Assembly: GCA_045568115.1 (NCBI GenBank)
Contig: JBJLBO010000004.1
Span: 66,809-130,808, forward strand
DNA: 64,000 nucleotides
Direction: 5' to 3'
Origin: Candidatus Thalassarchaeaceae archaeon
GTDB lineage: Archaea > Thermoplasmatota > Poseidoniia > Poseidoniales > Thalassarchaeaceae
The translations under genes and the position numbers were made by a program. Below the pieces are notes generated by a model. The model ran no database searches. It was not told where the DNA came from and saw only the letters and a list, made by a program, of their open reading frames with translations. Positions 29,754-40,175 of the stretch are shown here, piece after piece. Within the stretch, counting starts at the first letter, position 1, and every line of letters begins with the position of its first letter.

Positions 29754-30527
29754 CTATGATTCAGGATTTTCTTCCTCAAAGGCATCAGCAGCAGCAGTTA
29801 TGACCCCGAGGAGTCTGTGAATTTCATCGTCTTTGGGAAGTCCTCTCATTACTACTCGAATGAGGGTTTCTTCAATTCCTTCTCTTCTGTGCTCTTTAGT
29901 AGGCATCGCAGCAACAAGTCTAGATGTTTCAAGGCGGAGTCTTTTTCTTAGATCTGGGGCAAGGAGTCTTTCTTCACTACCAGATGGAGATTTTGTGGTG
30001 GAATTCACAAACCATGAATAACAAATTATAGCTACTGCATGACTTAAGTTGAGGATAGGGTATCCCTCCCAAGTGGGGATAGTAACTAACAAATCGCACA
30101 ATCTTAACTGTTCATTCAGTAAGCCCTTTCCTTCAGGTCCGAAAACCAAAGCAACTTTACCATCTACATCTGTAAGTCGGTTAGGTAATTCATCGGGAAG
30201 TAAGAAGTGCCTCATTACTGTCTTATCACCGTCTTCTCTCTTACCTGATGTCCCTATGACTACAGAACAATCAGATACTGCTTCTTCCAAACTATCACTG
30301 ACTTGGGCATTATCAAGAACTACCTGTGCATTCTTTGCTCTTTTCCTTGTTTCTTCGGACCAAACGCCGTTTCTTCCAACTACTCTCAAGTCAGTAATGC
30401 CGAAATTCATAATTGAGCGCGCCACAGCTCCAATGTTACCATCATGCATTGGTTCAACGAGGACTATACAAACACGTGATTGATGTTCGGGAAGAGAAAT
30501 CTCTGCACGTCCACCCATTCGAACCAC
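29754..30527 (-). CDS. SpoU/TrmH-family RNA 2'-O-methyltransferase (TrmJ-like)
   Basis: SPOUT motifs EPMHDGNIGAVARS, LVFGPEGKGL, ILNLSHAVAIICYS; 257 aa. Confidence 0.7.
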   Translation of the reverse strand: MVRMGGRAEISLPEHQSRVCIVLVEPMHDGNIGAVARSIMNFGITDLRVVGRNGVWSEETRKRAKNAQVVLDNAQVSDSLEEAVSDCSVVIGTSGKREDGDKTVMRHFLLPDELPNRLTDVDGKVALVFGPEGKGLLNEQLRLCDLLVTIPTWEGYPILNLSHAVAIICYSWFVNSTTKSPSGSEERLLAPDLRKRLRLETSRLVAAMPTKEHRREGIEETLIRVVMRGLPKDDEIHRLLGVITAAADAFEEENPES

Positions 30528-30565
30528 ACCCGTGGAATAGGAATGTACTGATTAGGTAAGCGGAA

Positions 30566-30766
30566 TTAATCAGTACGACGTTGGATATAACGAGTGACGT
30601 AACCAGCAATCCAGTTGCGCATCCTCTTAGTTCCAATAGTATCAGAATCTGTGTATTCGGACACAAGATGCTTATTTGTTTCGAAATCTGCTGTAAACTT
30701 ATCTGGATAAATTTCCAGTAATCGAAGAGCTCTGGTTTTGATAAAAGACGGTCTAATATTTCCCAT
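30566..30766 (-). CDS. rps17e: 30S ribosomal protein S17e
   Basis: [35 protein letters not shown] matches S17e N-terminus. Confidence 0.85.
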   Translation of the reverse strand: MGNIRPSFIKTRALRLLEIYPDKFTADFETNKHLVSEYTDSDTIGTKRMRNWIAGYVTRYIQRRTD

Positions 30767-30768
30767 AA

Positions 30769-31014
30769 TCAATCCTCCGCAAGTTTCACTTCAAGAGGAA
30801 ATCCCTCTTCACGAGTACAAACAATTCGGATTTTACGAGGAGGTTTCTGCATACCTCGCGCCCAAATTACTTCGTTAACAGCTTGATCTATCCAAATTTC
30901 TTCATCCTCTTGGATTTTCATATGCTGAGATACATGCTTCTTGATTTCTACCATAGCGCGATTGGCTCTCTTAGTTCGAGGGACATTCCAAGCCGCTCGT
31001 AGAGGTACAGTCAT
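30769..31014 (-). CDS. rpl31e: 50S ribosomal protein L31e
   Basis: [32 protein letters not shown] conserved L31e block; upstream in-frame Met at 31065 is probably not the start (it would overlap L39e). Confidence 0.85.
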   Translation of the reverse strand: MTVPLRAAWNVPRTKRANRAMVEIKKHVSQHMKIQEDEEIWIDQAVNEVIWARGMQKPPRKIRIVCTREEGFPLEVKLAED

Positions 31015-31037
31015 TTCCTTAACTTCAGTCACTTGAA

Positions 31038-31193
31038 TCACCTTTGTAGTTTTGAGCGTCTCCAATGATGGCGCTTTGGATGAGATACAGTATTACGGTT
31101 AGTACGGAGCATAACCCAAACTGGAACTCTTCGGTTCTGTTTAGTCACCTTAAGGAGACGCTGTTTCTTAGCAAATGGTTTGTGTCTTGCCAT
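31038..31193 (-). CDS. rpl39e: 50S ribosomal protein L39e (51 aa; absent from the supplied ORF track)
   Basis: Minus-strand translation [51 protein letters not shown] matches the L39e consensus. Confidence 0.8.
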   Translation of the reverse strand: MARHKPFAKKQRLLKVTKQNRRVPVWVMLRTNRNTVSHPKRHHWRRSKLQR

Positions 31194-31202
31194 TTTTTCA
31201 CC

Positions 31203-31670
31203 TCAGTAACGAGCCAGCCCCGGGTACTTTTCTTCAGCAGCACCACGGACTGAGTGAGCGACGTCGTCTAGTAACGATTGACCCGCTGGAGTGATTACTT
31301 TACCGAGATTAACTTCACGGATATTAGTTGAATTAACAATTAAGCCGGCAGCAGTCAATTGCTGAAGAACGGTTCTTGCAATCTTGCGAGAGCCTGCTAC
31401 TGCTCTATTAGGCTTCACACCACGATCCTTGGGGCCGCCGAAATGCTGAGCCATGTGGTTCGCACCGATAGGTCCCTTCAGGGCTACTTTTCTTAGTACT
31501 GCAGCTGAGCGAATAAACCACCAATTTTCTTGATCGGGCGTCCTCTCTCGATGTGTTCCAGTTTTTACAAACTCGGCCCAATCTGGAGCGTTGATTGCAT
31601 CATTACCCTCAAGTCTCTGGGAGAGTTCTTCGATCAATAGATCGGCTGGGACATCATGGTATGTGGTCAT
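31203..31670 (-). CDS. rps19e: 30S ribosomal protein S19e
   Basis: MTTYHDVPADLLIEEL...DWAEFVKTGTHRERTPDQENWWFIRSAAVLRKV... typical S19e; the ORF-track upstream extension is unlikely. Confidence 0.85.
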   Translation of the reverse strand: MTTYHDVPADLLIEELSQRLEGNDAINAPDWAEFVKTGTHRERTPDQENWWFIRSAAVLRKVALKGPIGANHMAQHFGGPKDRGVKPNRAVAGSRKIARTVLQQLTAAGLIVNSTNIREVNLGKVITPAGQSLLDDVAHSVRGAAEEKYPGLARY

Positions 31671-31807
31671 ATAGTCACCTTGTAGCGACCGGCCGACCTT
31701 GAGGCTGTATTTAACCGTGATGACATAGTATGGAAAACAAGACCCTAGGAGTGTTACTCTTAGAGCCCCCACATAGAGTTCAAACCATCTAGGCCGGTCG
31801 ACACTTC

Positions 31808-32608
31808 ATGAAGAAGTCGCTATCGCGAAATCCGAACATGCTTCGAACCATGATCGGGTTAGGAGTTGTTTTAATTCTCGTGTTGGCATTTGCAGTACAC
31901 AAGAATACAATGAATTCTGAATACTACAGATATGATACTTCAAATTCGGCAAATACATTGAGTTTAGAACAAACAGAAGAAAACCTATCAACATGGATAG
32001 TAACTACTAATTCGGCTATAACTTGGATAAACATCACAGTGGGGAATGCTCCAATAGATTCAGAAATTGTAGTGACATCATCCAGTACTGTTTGGTATTA
32101 CTCGGAATTTTTAGGCTTTGTAGGTAATGAGATGTTTAACTGTAAAGAGTTTGATTCGGTTTCGGAGTCATGCTCTGAAGCATACTCGCACAAACAGATT
32201 ATTGATTCGGAAGAAAAGGTCATGCGAGGTCGGTTATCGTTGGACCTTCCAATAGAAGGAATCGGCTATGTCAACGCAGACAACCCCGAGACTGCTGAAG
32301 AAGAAACGCGAAACCTAATCTCTTCGGAAACAGTTTTGACAACATGGACAATTTCAATAACTGATGAAAATGAAGAAGTGATTTCTTCCGAAGGAATTGA
32401 CATTTCCATGATTGTTGTAGAACATGAGTTCGTCTCAGTAGAAGAATTCAAATTAGATCCTGTTCAAGAAACACTGTACAGTTTAGCCACATTGATTGGT
32501 TGCTTTGGCTTATTGATTCTATTGCCTATGATTGCTTATTTTGCGGGTGTGTGGAAAGAGAGGCTTGAAGAAGAAAAAAGAGAAGAAGAACCAGCTCCTA
32601 AAGAATAA
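31808..32608 (+). CDS. Hypothetical acidic extracytoplasmic protein with N-terminal signal anchor and C-terminal TM anchor
   Basis: 266 aa, highly acidic, hydrophobic segments at both ends. Confidence 0.4.
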   Translation: MKKSLSRNPNMLRTMIGLGVVLILVLAFAVHKNTMNSEYYRYDTSNSANTLSLEQTEENLSTWIVTTNSAITWINITVGNAPIDSEIVVTSSSTVWYYSEFLGFVGNEMFNCKEFDSVSESCSEAYSHKQIIDSEEKVMRGRLSLDLPIEGIGYVNADNPETAEEETRNLISSETVLTTWTISITDENEEVISSEGIDISMIVVEHEFVSVEEFKLDPVQETLYSLATLIGCFGLLILLPMIAYFAGVWKERLEEEKREEEPAPKE

Positions 32609-32662
32609 TTCAATAATCACAGTCTAAGAAATCTTATCCACAAAATCTCACGCGACCTAAAC

Positions 32663-34141
32663 ATGGATGGGGGATTGCCGAGTATTTCCGAGGCTAATGA
32701 ATTAGTTCGAGGCAATAAATTTCATCAAGCAAAAGAGGCATTTGATCTAATCCTTGAGAGAGAACCAGAGAATTTTGCTGCATGGTATGGATTAGGAGTT
32801 ACTGCTAACTTATTGAACGAAAATAGTGCATCGATTTTTGCTTTTGAGAAAGTATTAGAGTTTAATCAATATCATGCTCCAAGCGCTGCAAACTTGGCAT
32901 TTTTATATTCAGAAATTAACCTAGAAAGGTCAAAGGAATTTGCTAAAATCGCTTTAGAACTTGGATTAGATAGTAATGAACTAAGAGAACTGGAGAGTAA
33001 AGAGTTAGAACCTGAATTGCCATTAATTTCAGCCGTATCTGTAGATGAAGGTGAAAATCTTCTTGATTCGATTGCGGTTCTAATTGAAAACAATGAATTC
33101 GAGGAGGCTTTGGAAATTATTACACCTATTCTTGAATCCGGTGAACAACATTCAGCTGAATTATGGGCTACCTGTTCTCTTTGCTTAGTGAGACTAGGAC
33201 TCTTTTCGGACGCATTGGATTCTGTAAACTATGCGCTATCAATTGATTCAACCAATAATCTAGCTATAGAGTTACAAAAAGAAATTCTAACAAATATTAA
33301 TACAGAAGAAAATGATGAAGGAGAATTTCTCTCTGAAGATGATTTTGAGAAAATAAATGAAGATTCGGGTGAAGAGGAGATATTAGAGGAAAATGATGAT
33401 AGTGAAACTATTGCTCTAGAGGATTCCTATGTCGTATTAGTGAAAAATGCACGTGATTATTCAGAAAATGGAAATCACGCCTCTTCAGTACAGGCCTGGA
33501 AGACAATCATCCAACAATTCGGTTCAAAGAGTGAATCATGGCATGGTATGGCCGATGCTCTAGAAGCTGCTGGTCATTTTGAAAAGGCAAAACAGTGTAG
33601 AAATAAGGGCAATGAAATTAATTCAGAAATGGATGATAGTAATCAAGACACGAATTCTGAAGTGGACTTGATTGCTGCGGCAAAAGATGCAGAAGAAATG
33701 ATGGTGGAAGAGCCTAAACCCGATACAGATATCAATATCTCAATTGAATGGTACAATAAAGGATTAGTGTTGTTAGGAGAAAATAAGAATTCGGAATCTC
33801 TAAACTGCTTTGATAAATCAATCTCATTGACACCGAGAACAGAAATAGAGCTTAGAGTGAAGTTATACAATGGAAGAGGGCATGCTCTTCATCAACTCGG
33901 AGAATATGCAGAGAGCATTCAATCATACCACCAAGCTATTTCATTAGCGCCAAAAATAGTTGGTGGAAGAACTCTGTATAATATGGGATCCTCATATGCC
34001 GCATTGGAACATTTTCATGATGCACTTAGATGTTTTGAACAAGCACTAGAAAGAGACTTGGAATCTGAAGATGTGCGATTATGTAAAAATCAAATTAACA
34101 GATGCAAACTATTACTCAAAGAAATTCAAAAGAACTCTTAA
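32663..34141 (+). CDS. Acidic tetratricopeptide-repeat (TPR) protein
   Basis: Multiple ~34-aa repeats with the W-LG-Y/A-F-A-P TPR pattern; 492 aa. Confidence 0.6.
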   Translation: MDGGLPSISEANELVRGNKFHQAKEAFDLILEREPENFAAWYGLGVTANLLNENSASIFAFEKVLEFNQYHAPSAANLAFLYSEINLERSKEFAKIALELGLDSNELRELESKELEPELPLISAVSVDEGENLLDSIAVLIENNEFEEALEIITPILESGEQHSAELWATCSLCLVRLGLFSDALDSVNYALSIDSTNNLAIELQKEILTNINTEENDEGEFLSEDDFEKINEDSGEEEILEENDDSETIALEDSYVVLVKNARDYSENGNHASSVQAWKTIIQQFGSKSESWHGMADALEAAGHFEKAKQCRNKGNEINSEMDDSNQDTNSEVDLIAAAKDAEEMMVEEPKPDTDINISIEWYNKGLVLLGENKNSESLNCFDKSISLTPRTEIELRVKLYNGRGHALHQLGEYAESIQSYHQAISLAPKIVGGRTLYNMGSSYAALEHFHDALRCFEQALERDLESEDVRLCKNQINRCKLLLKEIQKNS

Positions 34142-34333
34142 TTTAAATTTGTTTATTTACCATCGGTTCAAGAAATAAAGTTCTAGCTACATGAAATGAG
34201 AATTTAGATGATTTTCAGAAGAAAAATCTTTGACTATCAACAAATTATGATACGAAAGCGATTTCTGAACACGAATTTATCTAGATAGGTATGAGTTATG
34301 TCAATGGGAATCGATTAGAACTCATACTTACTC

Positions 34334-36637
34334 GTGAGGCCAATGGCAAGAGAGGTCAGAGCCCAACCTCCAATCGAAGAGGAGAACCTCAAGACTGGCC
34401 CGCCGAAGAAGGTAGCGGCCGGAATTTTAGGCGTCCAAAAGTCATTTTCAATAGGTTTGGAAGAAGCTGGCCTCAAGGATACGATAAAGACAATGAGGGC
34501 TGTAAATAGATTTGATGGATTTGATTGTCCGGGTTGTGCTTGGCCTGATCCAGACAATCATAGAAGCGGATTTGAATTCTGTGAAAACGGTGCTAAGGCA
34601 TTTGCCACAGAAGCCACTAAAAAGAGGGCTTCACCAGAACTAATAAGCAAATATTCTATTAAAGAACTATCAGAAATGAGTGATATGAAATTGGATAAAC
34701 TCGGCAGAATAACTCATCCAATGGTATTGAGAGAGAATTCAAATAAATATGAGGTGATTGAGTGGGAAGATGCATTCTCAATGATTTCTGATAAAGTTGG
34801 AAAACTATCTAACCCCAACGAGGCTGTCCTCTACACGAGTGGAAGAACATCCAACGAGGCGGCCTTCTTATGGGGCACCTTAGCTCGTCAAATAGGTACA
34901 AATAACCTCCCCGACTGTAGTAATATGTGTCATGAATCTAGTGGATATGCATTAGGTAAATCCATAGGAATAGGCAAGGGAACTGTCAAACTATCTTGTT
35001 TTGAGGAGGCTGATTTGATATTAGTAATTGGACAGAACCCCGGTACTAATCACCCTCGGATGCTAACTGCTCTCACAAGCTGTAAGGCCAACGGAGGATC
35101 AGTGGTAAGCATCAATCCCTTGGAGGAGACTGGGATGCGACGTTTTAAACACCCACAAAAGGTAATGCAAATGCTTGGAAGAGGCGCTCAGATAGCAGAT
35201 GAGCATCTACCTGTGAAAATCGGAGGAGATGCAGCATTATTGCAGGGATTCGCAAAAGTAATACTGGAATCAGACGGGGTTGATAAGGAATTTATTGATG
35301 AGCAGACAATTGGTTTCAATGACTGGGAGTCGCATATCAAGTCTGCTGATTGGAAAGAAATTGTTCTACAGTCGGGAATTAGTAGGAATAAGATTGAGAA
35401 GGTTGGTAAAGCCATATCTAAATCAAAAAAGATGATTGTATGTTGGGCTATGGGACTTACTCAACATGAGAATAGCGTCGATATCATCCAAGAGATAGCT
35501 AACTTATTGCTAACCGGAGGGCACTTCGGTAAACCGGGCGCCGGAGTCTGTCCAGTAAGAGGACACTCAAATGTTCAGGGCGATAGAACAGTAGGAATTA
35601 ACCACCATCCTAGTGAAGAATTCTTATTGTCGTGTGAAGAGAAAACTGGAATTGAAATGCCCAGAGATAGGGGGTATGATGCTGTCGAATTTATCCATGC
35701 AGCACTCGATGATAAGGTACGGTTGTATATGGCAATGGGGGGTAACTTGGTCTCGGCTATGTCAGACACAGAGAGAGTCGCAGATGCTATCATGAATATC
35801 GATCTCACCGTCCAAATATCTACCAAAATTAACCGCTCTCACTTAGTAACTGGAAAGACTGCACTGATACTACCTTGTATTGGAAGAACTGAAAAAGACC
35901 CAGCAGGGTTTGTTACAGTTGAGAACTCAATGGGGGTTGTCCATTCCAGCACAGGAACTATGAATCCTGCTTCCGAACATCTTTTGTCTGAGCCAGAAAT
36001 AGTGTGTCGGATAGGTAAATCCTGTTTTCCAAAGGAATCATTCAACTGGCAGACATTCACGAGTCACGATGAAACTAGAGATTTAATTTCAAGATGTATT
36101 CCAGGTTTCGAAGATTATAATTCAAGAGTGAGGGAAAAAGGTGGTTTCTACCTACCCAATGGACCAAGGGATGGACCTGTATGGGACACTCCCTCTGGAA
36201 AGGCCCACTTCTTCTGTAATAACCTACCAAACCGTCAATTACGTGAAGGCAGTTTTGTTCTGATGACTGTAAGAAGCCACGATCAGTATAACACCACGAT
36301 CTATGGGATGGATGATAGATATAGAGGAATTTACAACTCACGTAGGATAGTGATGATGAATCCAGATGATATGACTGAACTCAATCTCACCAAAGGACAA
36401 GAGGTTGATATCACTAGCCATTGGGGAGATAGGAAAATACACTCAGAAAGATGGAAAGTAATTCCTTATGATATTCCTAAGGGAAATCTATGCTCATACT
36501 TCCCTGAAGCGAATGTACTAGTCCCACTAGAGAGTACCGCACAGGGTAGTAACACACCCACTTCAAAGTGGATAGAAGTCACCATATCAACTAGGGGTGC
36601 GAGAATTTGGAAATCTTCTTCTTCAAGTTTTATCTAA
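34334..36637 (+). CDS. Molybdopterin oxidoreductase, FdhF/YdeP-like (formate-dehydrogenase-related alpha subunit)
   Basis: N-terminal Cys cluster FDCPGCAWPD...C, MGD-binding domains and C-terminal molybdopterin dinucleotide-binding barrel; 767 aa; GTG start (ATG alternative at 34343). Confidence 0.75.
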   Translation: MRPMAREVRAQPPIEEENLKTGPPKKVAAGILGVQKSFSIGLEEAGLKDTIKTMRAVNRFDGFDCPGCAWPDPDNHRSGFEFCENGAKAFATEATKKRASPELISKYSIKELSEMSDMKLDKLGRITHPMVLRENSNKYEVIEWEDAFSMISDKVGKLSNPNEAVLYTSGRTSNEAAFLWGTLARQIGTNNLPDCSNMCHESSGYALGKSIGIGKGTVKLSCFEEADLILVIGQNPGTNHPRMLTALTSCKANGGSVVSINPLEETGMRRFKHPQKVMQMLGRGAQIADEHLPVKIGGDAALLQGFAKVILESDGVDKEFIDEQTIGFNDWESHIKSADWKEIVLQSGISRNKIEKVGKAISKSKKMIVCWAMGLTQHENSVDIIQEIANLLLTGGHFGKPGAGVCPVRGHSNVQGDRTVGINHHPSEEFLLSCEEKTGIEMPRDRGYDAVEFIHAALDDKVRLYMAMGGNLVSAMSDTERVADAIMNIDLTVQISTKINRSHLVTGKTALILPCIGRTEKDPAGFVTVENSMGVVHSSTGTMNPASEHLLSEPEIVCRIGKSCFPKESFNWQTFTSHDETRDLISRCIPGFEDYNSRVREKGGFYLPNGPRDGPVWDTPSGKAHFFCNNLPNRQLREGSFVLMTVRSHDQYNTTIYGMDDRYRGIYNSRRIVMMNPDDMTELNLTKGQEVDITSHWGDRKIHSERWKVIPYDIPKGNLCSYFPEANVLVPLESTAQGSNTPTSKWIEVTISTRGARIWKSSSSSFI

Positions 36638-36665
36638 CATCAAAACTAAGTTGTCATTCAAAAAC

Positions 36666-37526
36666 TCAATAATTCGATATACGGTGTGGTGCAGAATGAA
36701 TAAGCATTCTGTTATCACGAACGAAAGATAGCAATGTAAGATTATGTTCTATTGCCAAATCTACAGCCAAAGAACTAGCAGCACCAACAGAGGCCATTAT
36801 CGGGACACCTAATCTAATACATTTATGCACTAATTCAAAGGATGCTCGACCTGAAACGAAAATTAATGAAGGAGCTGGACCATTTGGTTGGCGAATATAT
36901 GAGCCCACAAGTTTGTCCAAGGCATTATGCCGACCAATGTCCTCTCTAAGTGAAATTAATTTACAATCCTCAGAGAAAAAAGCTGCGGCATGAGTCCCCC
37001 CTGTTAGTTCAAACATTCTTTGAGATGATTTCAAATCTTCTGCAGCATTAGATATTTTGATTCTACTGAGTGAAAAATCATCCCGCAATCTAGGGCCGTG
37101 AATATGCAAAAGATTGGATATGGATTCCTTACCACAAATACCACAAGCTGAAGTTTTTGTTGTCCTTCTGTTGTGTTCCTTTGGATTGAACTTACAAAAA
37201 TCAGCCAATATTACCTTTGCTTCATTCTCAACCAGAGAAACTGATTGGATTTCGGGCCCAGATTCAATAATACCTTCAGAATATAACATTCCGTATACTA
37301 AATCCTCATCATTCCCTGGTGTTCGCATAGTCAAACCCAAAGAATGATCTTTACCATTATGGATTAATTCAACAGAAAAGGCGCTTTCAATTGCTAAAGT
37401 ATCAATTTCTGATAATCTATTTTGCAAATCAATGCGTAGCACCTGACTCTCGCGTACGCCTTTCACGACTTCGACAGTATGTTCATGTGTATTTGATTGA
37501 CGGATAGATGGTTTGACAGCAATCAT
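36666..37526 (-). CDS. fdhD: Formate dehydrogenase accessory sulfurtransferase FdhD
   Basis: Conserved TSACGICG and GRHNALDK motifs; 286 aa. Confidence 0.85.
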   Translation of the reverse strand: MIAVKPSIRQSNTHEHTVEVVKGVRESQVLRIDLQNRLSEIDTLAIESAFSVELIHNGKDHSLGLTMRTPGNDEDLVYGMLYSEGIIESGPEIQSVSLVENEAKVILADFCKFNPKEHNRRTTKTSACGICGKESISNLLHIHGPRLRDDFSLSRIKISNAAEDLKSSQRMFELTGGTHAAAFFSEDCKLISLREDIGRHNALDKLVGSYIRQPNGPAPSLIFVSGRASFELVHKCIRLGVPIMASVGAASSLAVDLAIEHNLTLLSFVRDNRMLIHSAPHRISNY

Positions 37527-37942
37527 TGATATATCACCTTGACTGGCCTATAGGTGTGGGTCTTCTCGACGGTCCGGGCTTCTCTCTGCCTATTGCGACT
37601 GCTGTAGAAGTAGTCGATGTCCAAATCGAAGTTTCGGATTCTGCTCGAAAGGCGGTTCTCGCCGCAATCGGCGAACAAAACGATACACACGTTCTCATCA
37701 TTAGTGCAAAGGCAGGAGGGTGCTCTGGCTACCTCTACGATATGGTAGTCGTCGAGAAGCCTGATAATGACGGATTTCAGACTATTGATATCGATGGAGT
37801 GACTGTGATGATTCACAATAAAGATAGCACACTTCTGAACGGACTCCGCTTAGATTTCCGTGACAGTCTGATGGGTGGAGGATTCCATATGGATAATCCC
37901 AATGCAGATCGAGCCTGCGGCTGCGGTCAGTCATTCGGCTGA
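37526..37942 (+). CDS. IscA/HesB/SufA-family iron-sulfur cluster insertion protein
   Basis: Cys at GGCSGY plus C-terminal CGCGQSF triad; homologous region starts near 37610, so the true start (TTG 37526 / GTG 37556 / other) is uncertain. Confidence 0.65.
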   Translation: MIYHLDWPIGVGLLDGPGFSLPIATAVEVVDVQIEVSDSARKAVLAAIGEQNDTHVLIISAKAGGCSGYLYDMVVVEKPDNDGFQTIDIDGVTVMIHNKDSTLLNGLRLDFRDSLMGGGFHMDNPNADRACGCGQSFG

Positions 37943-37951
37943 GTTGGTCGC

Positions 37952-38869
37952 TTGACATTTGACGATAATCTTCACCCTCTTGCAGAGTATATCGAGATTC
38001 CCAGTGGAGTTACACTTCTATCAGGCAAAAATTGTCACGATCATCTGAATAGAGTCTCGTCAATTGACATATCATCCAAATTTTTGAAAAGAGAAGAGTC
38101 CATTCTTTGTGATCTTCATGGACGGATTGTTGGACACATACTCCATGCAGACCTTGAGGATCAAATTCTACTTGTACACAACCCTGAAAATGCCAAAGAA
38201 ATTCGCAATATTCTCTCTACTGGAGTTCCATGGAATGAGGACGTGAAAGTCAGCACTGGCGATGGTGCTGTTCATCGATTAATCGTAGTGGGAAAGAATC
38301 CTGGAAGGGTGCTTATTGGCCTCGGAATCGAAGCTAATGATCTTGAACAGGACAACTGGACTGAATTTTTCGATTCCATGATATGTTTGTTAGCGCAAAC
38401 CGATGAATATACAGCGTTTGAGATGCTAATTCCGACTCGGCTCTTGCAGTCGGTCAAAGAAGGATTCGAGACTAACGGAGGAAATCAGGGTGAAGCAGAC
38501 AGTTGGTTAGCTTTACAGAGTTTAACTGGAAATATCGACATCTCAATAGAATCCTCTAAACACATTCCATTTGAACTCGGATTGGCAAATCTTATCGATC
38601 TGAAGAAAGGGTGTTACCCTGGCCAGGAAATACATGCACGGATGGAGTCAAGAGGCATACAGGCAAGGATCAGAAGATGTCTCAGCTCAGACAAACAAAT
38701 CCCACAAGGTAAGGCCAGATTTTCTGAAGAGAAGAGGATAGAAATTCTTTGTAGTCACCGATTAGGAGATATATGGATTTCCTATTGTTTAATCTCGACC
38801 AAACTAGATGTAAATGGAGAAATCTCAATCGAAGCCAGTGATAGCACGATTACTGCGACTTTCGTATGA
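37952..38869 (+). CDS. YgfZ/GcvT-like folate-binding protein
   Basis: C-terminal KKGCYPGQEIHARMESRG (KGCYxGQE YgfZ signature); 305 aa. Confidence 0.65.
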   Translation: MTFDDNLHPLAEYIEIPSGVTLLSGKNCHDHLNRVSSIDISSKFLKREESILCDLHGRIVGHILHADLEDQILLVHNPENAKEIRNILSTGVPWNEDVKVSTGDGAVHRLIVVGKNPGRVLIGLGIEANDLEQDNWTEFFDSMICLLAQTDEYTAFEMLIPTRLLQSVKEGFETNGGNQGEADSWLALQSLTGNIDISIESSKHIPFELGLANLIDLKKGCYPGQEIHARMESRGIQARIRRCLSSDKQIPQGKARFSEEKRIEILCSHRLGDIWISYCLISTKLDVNGEISIEASDSTITATFV

Positions 38870-38961
38870 GTTCTTCCAAATCGAATAACTCAATCCCCTA
38901 ACCTCGATTTACCCCCCCACGTAAAGTCATATGACTGTGGACAATCATTTAGATAATCGGA

Positions 38962-40047
38962 TTATCTAGTTCTTAATTTATCTAAATCAGAAAAGTCCAT
39001 ATTTTCGCCTTTCTCGACCCAATCTGATAATTTCATCAAAGGAGAGATTCTCAGAAGACCGAGATGGCGAGTGAACAAATAAAGAGTGGGATCAAATCTA
39101 CCAATAACCTGCTCTTGGAATTTAATCCTTACAGGTTCTGCGCGTGAACGGAAAAAGGAAATCTCTACTGCAACACCAATTATTGTAGCAGTATATAGAA
39201 CAAGTAATACAGTCAAAGAGAATATTACAGGGTCACCAAACATCTCACCACTTCGTAGTTCAGTTCCATAAAACAATTGCCGTGAAAGTAAGAATAGTAG
39301 CCCTACACCAACCCAAGGACCTAACATATCCTCAACAAATGTCCCCATAGGTAGCAAACGGCGATTAGCGGTATCAGCAAATACCATTGTACTCTGTGTT
39401 GCAGCCCGCAGAACAGAGATGAAAGCTACTAAAATCATGTATACCCCACTTGATAAAGCCAAAATAGACCTAGAATCGAATGGAAGGTACGAGACAATTA
39501 GAAAAGCGAATAATCCAAGAAAAGCAGTAATTGGCATCCTATTAATTGAGGAGAGAATAGGATCGGGGTTTTTCATCCCATCCTCTACGCGAGGAATTCC
39601 AATAATTTCCCATCGAGTAATCCCCTGGACAATTATTGCAATTCTAATCAATATTTGTTTCTCAATTAATAGCCATTCAAAAAACCAAATCACAGGCATC
39701 AATGGAATTGCAATTATTGCAGCAAAGAGACCCAAAAAAGGCCAAACAATTAATGCAGGCATTAGCAAAAAATGTTTTATTCGTAATGGGAAAAGTAAAT
39801 CTGATTCTATGCGTGATTGTCGTTCTGGATCAATATTTACCAATCTCGCTTCCTTATCTAATTCTTGACGGAATCTGCTTAATGGCAACCCAGCATCAAG
39901 AACACGTCTGACTTTCTCACGATAATGCTCATGTTCAGGTTCAACACCAGACCACCAACGCCAACCTATTGATAATGGAATGGCCAACAAGAGAGGTGTA
40001 ACTAATACAAGAATCGCAATCAAGAGCGACTCAAGGTAGGGGCTCAC
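38962..40047 (-). CDS. Hypothetical polytopic membrane protein
   Basis: 361-aa ORF with ~8 hydrophobic helices, no recognised motif. Confidence 0.35.
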   Translation of the reverse strand: MSPYLESLLIAILVLVTPLLLAIPLSIGWRWWSGVEPEHEHYREKVRRVLDAGLPLSRFRQELDKEARLVNIDPERQSRIESDLLFPLRIKHFLLMPALIVWPFLGLFAAIIAIPLMPVIWFFEWLLIEKQILIRIAIIVQGITRWEIIGIPRVEDGMKNPDPILSSINRMPITAFLGLFAFLIVSYLPFDSRSILALSSGVYMILVAFISVLRAATQSTMVFADTANRRLLPMGTFVEDMLGPWVGVGLLFLLSRQLFYGTELRSGEMFGDPVIFSLTVLLVLYTATIIGVAVEISFFRSRAEPVRIKFQEQVIGRFDPTLYLFTRHLGLLRISPLMKLSDWVEKGENMDFSDLDKLRTR

Positions 40048-40175
40048 GGCCTAACCGCACTAATCAACATCAAGAAGGAAACGGTACAATTAGTACACAA
40101 AGCCTTGTTGACAGAGGTTATTGCAAGCTCCACAGATACCAAACTTGATACCTTACCCTATTCTAGGTAATTCTG

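Noticed and set aside
31014-31065. Upstream in-frame Met for L31e (METLKTTKV...) giving a 98-aa protein
   Set aside because: It would overlap the L39e coding sequence by 28 nt. The conserved L31e N-terminus begins at MTVPLRAAW (31014), so the shorter gene model is preferred.
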